64,000 bases of DNA from Azolla caroliniana (lineage: Eukaryota > Plantae > Polypodiophyta). Positions 1 through 12,000 of the stretch are shown piece after piece. The stretch spans positions 62,001 to 126,000 of the forward strand of contig JBHGNT010000028.1 in NCBI GenBank assembly GCA_043228905.1. The letters run 5' to 3'. The notes below the pieces were generated by a model, which worked only from the letters and a program-made list of their open reading frames with translations, did not search any database and was not told where the DNA came from. The number at the start of each line of letters is the position of its first letter. The first letter of the stretch is position 1. Position numbers and translations under genes: made by a program.

Positions 1-3000
1 TTTGCTAATTTCCTGATGTCTCTCGACCTGAGTTTCAAAATCTTGATTTTTTAATTCCATATCATAGCTACCGTTGTTAGCTTCGATTCGCATGTTTGAA
101 CACAAAAATCCGATATCACACTCGCCAGTTATGAACATTTTAATTTACCTAGTAGCTCTTCCCAACTCCCTCCTAATGTTGCTAATTTCGTCATGTCTCT
201 CGACCTGAGTTTCAAAATCTTGATTTTTTAATTCCATATCATATCTAGCGTTGTTAGCTTCGATTCGCATGTTTGAACACAAAAATCCGATATCACACTC
301 GCCAGATATGAACATTTTAATTTACCTACTAGCTCTTCCTAACTCACTCCTCAAATATGGGAATTTCGTCATGTCTCTCGACCTGAGTTTCAAAATCTTG
401 ATTTTTTAATTCCATATCATAGCTAGCGTTGTTAGCTTCGATTCGCATGTTTGAACACAAAAATCCGATATCCCACTCGCCAGATATGAACATTTTAATT
501 TACCTACTAGCTCTTCCCAACTCACTCCTCAAATTTGGGAATTTCGTCATGTCTCTCGACCTGAGTTTCAAAATCTTGATTTTTTAATTCCATATCATAG
601 CTAACGTTGTTAGCTTCGATTCACATGATTGAACACAAAAATCCGATATCACACTCGCCAGTTATGAACATTTTAATTTACCTACTAGCTCTTCCCAACT
701 CCCTCCTCATGTTGCTAATTTTGTCATGTCTCTCGACCTGAGTTTCAAAATCTTGATTATTTAATTCCATATCCTAGCTAGCGTTGTTAGCTTCGATTCG
801 CATGTTTGAACACAAGAATCCGATATCCCACTCGCCAGATATGAACATTTTAATTTACCTACTAGCTCTTCCCAACTCACTCCTCAAATTTGGGAATTTC
901 GTCATGTCTCTCGACCTGAGTTTCAAAATCTTGATTTTTTAATTCCATATCATAGCTAACGTTGTTAGCTTCGATTCACATGATTGAACACAAAAATCCG
1001 ATATCACACTCGCCACTTATGAACATTTTAATTTACCTACTAGCTCTTCCCAACTCCCTCCTCATGTTGCTAATTTTGTCATGTCTCTCGACCTGAGTTT
1101 CAAAATCTTGATTATTTAATTCCATATCCTAGCTAGCGTTGTTAGCTTCGATTCGCATGTTTGAACACAAAAATCCGATATCCCACTCGCCAGATATGAA
1201 CATTTTAATTTACCTACTAGCTCTTCCCAACTCACTCCTCAAATTTGCTAATTTCCTCATGTCTCTCGACCTGAGTTTCAAAATCTTGATTTTTTAATTC
1301 CATATCATAGCTACCGTTGTTAGCTTCGATTCGCATGTTTGAACACAAAAATCCGATATCACACTCGCCAGTTATGAACATTTTAATTTACCTAGTAGCT
1401 CTTCCCAACTCCCTCCTAATGTTGCTAATTTCGTCATGTCTCTCGACCTGAGTTTCAAAATCTTGATTTTTTAATTCCATATCATATCTAGCGTTGTTAG
1501 CTTCGATTCGCATGTTTGAACACAAAAATCCGATATCACACTCGCCAGATATGAACATTTTAATTTACCTACTAGCTCTTCCCAACTCACTCCTCAAATT
1601 TGGGAATTTCGTCATGTCTCTCGACCTGAGTTTCAAAATCTTGATTTTTTAATTCCATATCATAGCTAGCGTTGTTAGCTTCGATTCGCATGTTTGAACA
1701 CAAAAATCCGATATCCCACTCGCCAGATATGAACATTTTAATTTACCTACTAGCTCTTCCCAACTCACTCCTCAAATTTGGGAATTTCGTCATGTCTCTC
1801 GACCTGAGTTTCAAAATCTTGATTTTTTAATTCCATATCATAGCTAACGTTGTTAGCTTCGATTCACATGATTGAACACAAAAATCCGATATCACACTCG
1901 CCACTTATGAACATTTTAATTTACCTACTAGCTCTTCCCAACTCCCTCCTCATGTTGCTAATTTTGTCATGTCTCTCGACCTGAGTTTCAAAATCTTGAT
2001 TATTTAATTCCATATCCTAGCTAGCGTTGTTAGCTTCGATTCGCATGTTTGAACACAAAAATCCGATATCCCACTCGCCAGATATGAACATTTTAATTTA
2101 CCTACTAGCTCTTCCCAACTCCCTCCTCATGTTGCTAATTTTGTCATTTCTCTCGACCTGAGTTTCAAAATCTTGATTTTTTAATTCCATATCATAGCTA
2201 CCGTTGTTAGCTTCGATTCGCATGTTTAAACACAAAAATCCGATATCACACTCGCCAGTTATGAACATTTTAATTTACCTAGTAGCTCTTCCCAACTCCC
2301 TCCTAATGTTGCTAATTTCGTCATGTCTCTCGACCTGAGTTTCAAAATCTTGATTTTTTAATTGCATATCATATCTAGCGTTGTTAGCTTCGATTCGCAT
2401 GTTTGAACACAAAAATCCGATATCACACTCGCCAGATATGAACATTTTAATTTACCTACTAGCTCTTCCTAACTCACTCCTCAAATATGGGAATTTCGTC
2501 ATGTCTCTCGCCCTGAGTTTCAAAATCTTGATTTTTTAATTCCATATCATAGCTAGCGTTGTTAGCTTCGATTCGCATGTTTGAACACAAAAATCCGATA
2601 TCCCACTCGCCAGATATGAACATTTTAATTTACCTACTAGCTCTTCCCAACTCACTCCTCAAATTTGGGAATTTCGTCATGTCTCTCGACCTGAGTTTCA
2701 AAATCTTGATTTTTTAATTCCATATCATAGCTAACGTTGTTAGCTTCGATTCACATGATTGAACACAAAAATCCGATATCACACTCGCCAGTTATGAACA
2801 TTTTAATTTACCTACTAGCTCTTCCCAACTCCCTCCTCATGTTGCTAATTTTGTCATGTCTCTCGACCTGAGTTTCAAAATCTTGATTATTTAATTCCAT
2901 ATCCTAGCTAGCGTTGTTAGCTTCGATTCGCATGTTTGAACACAAGAATCCGATATCCCACTCGCCAGATATGAACATTTTAATTTACCTACTAGCTCTT

Positions 3001-6000
3001 CCCAACTCACTCCTCAAATTTGCTAATTTTGTCATGTCTCTCGACCTGAGTTTCAAAATCTTGATTTTTTAATTCCATATCATAGCTACCGTTGTTAGCT
3101 TCGATTCGCATGTTTGAACACAAAAATCCGATATCACACTCGCCAGTTATGAACATTTTAATTTACCTAGTAGCTCTTCCCAACTCCCTCCTAATGTTGC
3201 TAATTTCGTCATGTCTCTCGACCTGAGTTTCAAAATCTTGATTTTTTAATTCCATATCATATCTAGCGTTGTTAGCTTCGATTCGCATGTTTGAACACAA
3301 AAATCCGATATCACACTCGCCAGATATGAACATTTTAATTTACCTACTAGCTCTTCCCAACTCACTCCTCAAATTTGGGAATTTCGTCATGTCTCTCGAC
3401 CTGAGTTTCAAAATCTTGATTTTTTAATTCCATATCATAGCTAGCGTTGTTAGCTTCGATTCGCATGTTTGAACACAAAAATCCGATATCCCACTCGCCA
3501 GATATGAACATTTTAATTTACCTACTAGCTCTTCCCAACTCACTCCTCAAATTTGGGAATTTCGTCATGTCTCTCGACCTGAGTTTCAAAATCTTGATTT
3601 TTTAATTCCATATCATAGCTAACGTTGTTAGCTTCGATTCACATGATTGAACACAAAAATCCGATATCACACTCGCCAGTTATGAACATTTTAATTTACC
3701 TACTAGCTCTTCCCAACTCCCTCCTCATGTTGCTAATTTTGTCATGTCTCTCGACCTGAGTTTCAAAATCTTGATTATTTAATTCCATATCCTAGCTAGC
3801 GTTGTTAGCTTCGATTCGCATGTTTGAACACAAAAATCCGATATCCCACTCGCCAGATATGAACATTTTAATTTACCTACTAGCTCTTCCCAACTCACTC
3901 CTCAAATTTGCTAATTTCCTCATGTCTCTCGACCTGAGTTTCAAAATCTTGATTTTTTAATTCCATATCATAGCTACCGTTGTTAGCTTCGATTCGCATG
4001 TTTGAACACAAAAATCCGATATCACACTCGCCACTTATGAACATTTTAATTTACCTACTAGCTCTTCCCAACTCCCTCCTCATGTTGCTAATTTTGTCAT
4101 GTCTCTCGACCTGAGTTTCAAAATCTTGATTATTTAATTCCATATCCTAGCTAGCGTTGTTAGCTTCGATTCGCATGTTTGAACACAAAAATCCGATATC
4201 ACACTCGCCAGATATGAACATTTTAATTTACCTAGTAGCTCTTCCCAACTCCCTCCTAATGTTGCTAATTTCGTCATGTCTCTCGACCTGAGTTTCAAAA
4301 TCTTGATTTTTTAATTCCATATCATAGCTAGCGTTGTTAGCTTCGATTCGCATGTTTGAACACAAAAATCCGATATCCCACTCGCCAGATATGAACATTT
4401 TAATTTACCTACTAGCTCTTCCCAACTCACTCCTCAAATTTGGGAATTTCGTCATGTCTCTCGACCTGAGTTTCAAAATCTTGATTTTTTAATTCCATAT
4501 CATAGCTAGCGTTGTTAGCTTCGATTCGCATGTTTGAACACAAAAATCCGATATCCCACTCGCCAGATATGAACATTTTAATTTACCTACTAGCTCTTCC
4601 CAACTCACTCCTCAAATTTGGGAATTTCGTCATGTCTCTCGACCTGAGTTTCAAAATCTTGATTTTTTAATTCCATATCATAGCTAACGTTGTTAGCTTC
4701 GATTCACATGATTGAACACAAAAATCCGATATCACACTCGCCAGTTATGAACATTTTAATTTACCTACTAGCTCTTCCCAACTCCCTCCTCATGTTGCTA
4801 ATTTTGTCATGTCTCTCGACCTGAGTTTCAAAATCTTGATTATTTAATTCCATATCCTAGCTAGCGTTGTTAGCTTCGATTCGCATGTTTGAACACAAAA
4901 ATCCGATATCCCACTCGCCAGATATGAACATTTTAATTTACCTACTAGCTCTTCCCAACTCACTCCTCAAATTTGCTAATTTCCTCATGTCTCTCGACCT
5001 GAGTTTCAAAATCTTGATTTTTTAATTCCATATCATAGCTACCGTTGTTAGCTTCGATTCGCATGTTTGAACACAAAAATCCGATATCACACTCGCCAGT
5101 TATGAACATTTTAATTTACCTAGTAGCTCTTCCCAACTCCCTCCTAATGTTGCTAATTTCGTCATGTCTCTCGACCTGACTTTCAAAATCTTGATTTTTT
5201 AATTCCATATCATAGCTACCGTTGTTAGCTTCGATTCGCATGTTTGAACACAAGAATCCGATATCCCACTCGCCAGATATGAACATTTTAATTTACCTAC
5301 TAGCTCTTCCCAACTCACTCCTCAAATTTGCTAATTTTGTCATGTCTCTCGACCTGAGTTTCAAAATCTTGATTTTTTAATTCCATATCATAGCTACCGT
5401 TGTTAGCTTCGATTCGCATGTTTGAACACAAAAATCCGATATCACACTCGCCAGTTATGAACATTTTAATTTACCTAGTAGCTCTTCCCAACTCCCTCCT
5501 AATGTTGCTAATTTCGTCATGTCTCTCGACCTGAGTTTCAAAATCTTGATTTTTTAATTCCATATCATATCTAGCGTTGTTAGCTTCGATTCGCATGTTT
5601 GAACACAAAAATCCGATATCACACTCGCCAGATATGAACATTTTAATTTACCTACTAGCTCTTCCCAACTCACTCCTCAAATTTGGGAATTTCGTCATGT
5701 CTCTCGACCTGAGTTTCAAAATCTTGATTTTTTAATTCCATATCATAGCTAGCGTTGTTAGCTTCGATTCGCATGTTTGAACACAAAAATCCGATATCCC
5801 ACTCGCCAGATATGAACATTTTAATTTACCTACTAGCTCTTCCCAACTCACTCCTCAAATTTGGGAATTTCGTCATGTCTCTCGACCTGAGTTTCAAAAT
5901 CTTGATTTTTTAATTCCATATCATAGCTAACGTTGTTAGCTTCGATTCACATGATTGAACACAAAAATCCGATATCACACTCGCCAGTTATGAACATTTT

Positions 6001-9000
6001 AATTTACCTACTAGCTCTTCCCAACTCCCTCCTCATGTTGCTAATTTTGTCATGTCTCTCGACCTGAGTTTCAAAATCTTGATTATTTAATTCCATATCC
6101 TAGCTAGCGTTGTTAGCTTCGATTCGCATGTTTGAACACAAAAATCCGATATCCCACTCGCCAGATATGAACATTTTAATTTACCTACTAGCTCTTCCCA
6201 ACTCACTCCTCAAATTTGCTAATTTCCTCATGTCTCTCGACCTGAGTTTCAAAATCTTGATTTTTTAATTCCATATCATAGCTACCGTTGTTAGCTTCGA
6301 TTCGCATGTTTGAACACAAAAATCCGATATCACACTCGCCAGTTATGAACATTTTAATTTACCTAGTAGCTCTTCCCAACTCCCTCCTAATGTTGCTAAT
6401 TTCGTCATGTCTCTCGACCTGACTTTCAAAATCTTGATTTTTTAATTCCATATCATATCTAGCGTTGTTAGCTTCGATTCGCATGTTTGAACACAAAAAT
6501 CCGATATCACACTCGCCAGATATGAACATTTTAATTTACCTAGTAGCTCTTCCCAACTCCCTCCTAATGTTGCTAATTTCGTCATGTCTCTCGACCTGAG
6601 TTTCAAAATCTTGATTTTTTAATTCCATATCATAGCTAGCGTTGTTAGCTTCGATTCGCATGTTTGAACACAAGAATCCGATATCCCACTCGCCAGATAT
6701 GAACATTTTAATTTACCTACTAGCTCTTCCCAACTCACTCCTCAAATTTGGGAATTTCGTCATGTCTCTCGACCTGAGTTTCAAAATCTTGATTTTTTAA
6801 TTCCATATCATAGCTAACGTTGTTAGCTTCGATTCACATGATTGAACACAAAAATCCGATATCACACTCGCCAGTTATGAACATTTTAATTTACCTACTA
6901 GCTCTTCCCAACTCCCTCCTCATGTTGCTAATTTTGTCATGTCTCTCGACCTGAGTTTCAAAATCTTGATTATTTAATTCCATATCCTAGCTAGCGTTGT
7001 TAGCTTCGATTCGCATGTTTGAACACAAGAATCCGATATCCCACTCGCCAGATATGAACATTTTAATTTACCTACTAGCTCTTCCCAACTCACTCCTCAA
7101 ATTTGGGAATTTCGTCATGTCTCTCGACCTGAGTTTCAAAATCTTGATTTTTTAATTCCATATCATAGCTAACGTTGTTAGCTTCGATTCACATGATTGA
7201 ACACAAAAATCCGATATCACACTCGCCAGTTATGAACATTTTAATTTACCTACTAGCTCTTCCCAACTCCCTCCTCATGTTGCTAATTTTGTCATGTCTC
7301 TCGACCTGAGTTTCAAAATCTTGATTATTTAATTCCATATCCTAGCTAGCGTTGTTAGCTTCGATTCGCATGTTTGAACACAAGAATCCGATATCCCACT
7401 CGCCAGATATGAACATTTTAATTTACCTACTAGCTCTTCCCAACTCACTCCTCAAATTTGCTAATTTCCTCATGTCTCTCGACCTGAGTTTCAAAATCTT
7501 GATTTCTTAATTCCATATCATAGCTACCGTTGTTAGCTTCGATTCGCATGTTTGAACACAAAAATCCGATATCACACTCGCCAGTTATGAACATTTTAAT
7601 TTACCTAGTAGCTCTTCCCAACTCCCTCCTAATGTTGCTAATTTCGTCATGTCTCTCGACCTGACTTTCAAAATCTTGATTTTTTAATTCCATATCATAT
7701 CTAGCGTTGTTAGCTTCGATTCGCATGTTTGAACACAAAAATCCGATATCACACTCGCCAGATACGAACATTTTAATTTACCTAGTAGCTCTTCCCAACT
7801 CCCTCCTAATGTTGCTAATTTCGTCATGTCTCTCGACCTGAGTTTCAAAATCTTGATTTTTTAATTTCATATCATAGCTAGCGTTGTTAGCTTCGATTCG
7901 CATGTTTGAACACAAAAATCCGATATCCCACTCGCCAGATATGAACATTTTAATTTACCTACTAGCTCTTCCCAACTCACTCCTCAAATTTGGGAATTTC
8001 GTCATGTCTCTCGACCTGAGTTTCAAAATCTTGATTTTTTAATTCCATATCATAGCTAACGTTGTTAGCTTCGATTCACATGATTGAACACAAAAATCCG
8101 ATATCACACTCGCCAGTTATGAACATTTTAATTTACCTACTAGCTCTTCCCAACTCCCTCCTCATGTTGCTAATTTTGTCATGTCTCTCGACCTGAGTTT
8201 CAAAATCTTGATTATTTAATTCCATATCCTAGCTAGCGTTGTTAGCTTCGATTCGCATGTTTGAACACAAGAATCCGATATCCCACTCGCCAGATATGAA
8301 CATTTTAATTTACCTACTAGCTCTTCCTAACTCACTCCTCAAATATGGGAATTTCGTCATGTCTCTCGCCCTGAGTTTCAAAATCTTGATTTTTTAATTC
8401 CATATCATAGCTAGCGTTGTTAGCTTCGATTCGCATGTTTGAACACAAAAATCCGATATCCCACTCGCCAGATATGAACATTTTAATTTACCTACTAGCT
8501 CTTCCCAACTCACTCCTCAAATTTGGGAATTTCGTCATGTCTCTCGACCTGAGTTTCAAAATCTTGATTTTTTAATTCCATATCATAGCTAACGTTGTTA
8601 GCTTCGATTCACATGATTGAACACAAAAATCCGATATCACACTCGCCAGTTATGAACATTTTAATTTACCTACTAGCTCTTCCCAACTCCCTCCTCATGT
8701 TGCTAATTTAATCATGTCTCTCGACCTGAGTTTCAAAATCTTGATTATTTAATTCCATATCCTAGCTAGCGTTGTTAGCTTCGATTCGCATGTTTGAACA
8801 CAAAAATCCGATATCCCACTCGCCAGATATGAACATTTTAATTTACCTACTAGCTCTTCCCAACTCACTCCTCAAATTTGCTAATTTCCTCATGTCTCTC
8901 GACCTGAGTTTCAAAATCTTGATTTTTTAATTCCATATCATAGCTACCGTTGTTAGCTTCGATTCGCATGTTTGAACACAAAAATCCGATATCACACTCG

Positions 9001-12000
9001 CCAGTTATGAACATTTTAATTTACCTAGTAGCTCTTCCCAACTCCCTCCTAATGTTGCTAATTTCGTCATGTCTCTCGACCTGACTTTCAAAATCTTGAT
9101 TTTTTAATTCCATATCATATCTAGCGTTGTTAGCTTCGATTCGCATGTTTGAACACAAAAATCCGATATCACACTCGCCAGATATGAACATTTTAATTTA
9201 CCTAGTAGCTCTTCCCAACTCCCTCCTAATGTTGCTAATTTCGTCATGTCTCTCGACCTGAGTTTCAAAATCTTGATTTTTTAATTCCATATCATAGCTA
9301 GCGTTGTTAGCTTCGATTCGCATGTTTGAACACAAAAATCCGATATCCCACTCGCCAGATATGAACATTTTAATTTACCTACTAGCTCTTCCCAACTCAC
9401 TCCTCAAATTTGGGAATTTCGTCATGTCTCTCGACCTGAGTTTCAAAATCTTGATTTTTTAATTCCATATCATAGCTAACGTTGTTAGCTTCGATTCACA
9501 TGATTGAACACAAAAATCCGATATCACACTCGCCAGTTATGAACATTTTAATTTACCTACTAGCTCTTCCCAACTCCCTCCTCATGTTGCTAATTTTGTC
9601 ATGTCTCTCGACCTGAGTTTCAAAATCTTGATTATTTAATTCCATATCCTAGCTAGCGTTGTTAGCTTCGATTCGCATGTTTGAACACAAGAATCCGATA
9701 TCCCACTCGCCAGATATGAACATTTTAATTTACCTACTAGCTCTTCCCAACTCACTCCTCAAATTTGGGAATTTCGTCATGTCTCTCGACCTGAGTTTCA
9801 AAATCTTGATTTTTTAATTCCATATCATAGCTAACGTTGTTAGCTTCGATTCACATGATTGAACACAAAAATCCGATATCACACTCGCCACTTATGAACA
9901 TTTTAATTTACCTACTAGCTCTTCCCAACTCCCTCCTCATGTTGCTAATTTTGTCATGTCTCTCGACCTGAGTTTCAAAATCTTGATTATTTAATTCCAT
10001 ATCCTAGCTAGCGTTGTTAGCTTCGATTCGCATGTTTGAACACAAAAATCCGATATCCCACTCGCCAGATATGAACATTTTAATTTACCTACTAGCTCTT
10101 CCCAACTCACTCCTCAAATTTGCTAATTTCCTCATGTCTCTCGACCTGAGTTTCAAAATCTTGATTTTTTAATTCCATATCATAGCTACCGTTGTTAGCT
10201 TCGATTCGCATGTTTGAACACAAAAATCCGATATCACACTCGCCAGTTATGAAACTTTTAATTTACCTAGTAGCTCTTCCCAACTCCCTCCTAATGTTGC
10301 TAATTTCGTCATGTCTCTCGACCTGAGTTTCAAAATCTTGATTTTTTAATTCCATATCATATCTAGCGTTGTTAGCTTCGATTCGCATGTTTGAACACAA
10401 AAATCCGATATCACACTCGCTAGATATGAACATTTTAATTTACCTACTAGCTCTTCCCAACTCACTCCTCAAATTTGGGAATTTCGTCATGTCTCTCGAC
10501 CTGAGTTTCAAAATCTTGATTTTTTAATTCCATATCATAGCTAACGTTGTTAGCTTCGATTCACATGATTGAACACAAAAATCCGATATCACACTCGCCA
10601 GTTATGAACATTTTAATTTACCTACTAGCTCTTCCCAACTCCCTCCTGATGTTGCTAATTTTGTCATGTCTCTCGACCTGAGTTTCAAAATCTTGATTTT
10701 TTAATTCCATATCATAGCTAACGTTGTTAGCTTCGATTCACATGATTGAACACAAAAATCCGATATCACACTCGCCAGTTATGAACATTTTAATTTACCT
10801 ACTAGCTCTTCCCAACTCCCTCCTCATGTTGCTAATTTTGTCCTGTCTCACGACCTGAGTTTCAAAATCTTGATTTTTTAATTCCATATCATAGCTACCG
10901 TTGTTAGCTTCGATTCGCATGTTTGAACACAAAAATCCGATATCACACTCGCCAGTTATGAACATTTTAATTTACCTAGTAGCTCTTCCCAACTCCCTCC
11001 TAATGTTGCTAATTTCGTCATGTCTCTCGACCTGAGTTTCAAAATCTTGATTTTTTAATTCCATATCATATCTAGCGTTGTTAGCTTCGATTCGCATGTT
11101 TGAACACAAAAATCCGATATCACACTCGCCAGATATGAACATTTTAATTTACCTACTAGCTCTTCCCAACTCCCTCCTCATGTTGCTAATTTTGTCATGT
11201 CTCTCGACCTGAGTTTCAAAATCTTGATTATTTAATTCCATATCCTAGCTAGCGTTGTTAGCTTCGATTCGCATGTTTGAACACAAAAATCCGATATCCC
11301 ACTCGCCAGATATGAACATTTTAATTTACCTACTAGCTCTTCCCAACTCACTCCTCAAATTTGCTAATTTCCTCATGTCTCTCGACCTGAGTTTCAAAAT
11401 CTTGATTTTTTAATTCCATATCATAGCTACCGTTGTTAGCTTCGATTCGCATGTTTGAACACAAAAATCCGATATCACACTCGCCAGTTATGAACATTTT
11501 AATTTACCTAGTAGCTCTTCCCAACTCCCTCCTAATGTTGCTAATTTCGTCATGTCTCTCGACCTGAGTTTCAAAATCTTGATTTTTTAATTCCATATCA
11601 TATCTAGCGTTGTTAGCTTCGATTCGCATGTTTGAACACAAAAATCCGATATCACACTCGCCAGATATGAACATTTTAATTTACCTACTAGCTCTTCCTA
11701 ACTCACTCCTCAAATATGGGAATTTCGTCATGTCTCTCGACCTGAGTTTCAAAATCTTGATTTTTTAATTCCATATCATAGCTAGCGTTGTTAGCTTCGA
11801 TTCGCATGTTTGAACACAAAAATCCGATATCCCACTCGCCAGATATGAACATTTTAATTTACCTACTAGCTCTTCCCAACTCACTCCTCAAATTTGGGAA
11901 TTTCGTCATGTCTCTCGACCTGAGTTTCAAAATCTTGATTTTTTAATTCCATATCATAGCTAACGTTGTTAGCTTCGATTCACATGATTGAACACAAAAA

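Noticed and set aside
542-558. CENP-B box-like motif (TTTCGTCATGTCTCTCG)
   Set aside because: It has TTCG but lacks the conserved A and CGGG of NTTCGNNNNANNCGGGN.
10251-10850. Singleton variants (GAAACTT, CCTGATGTT, TCCTGTCTCAC)
   Set aside because: Each is seen once and cannot be distinguished from private mutation or sequencing error without reads.
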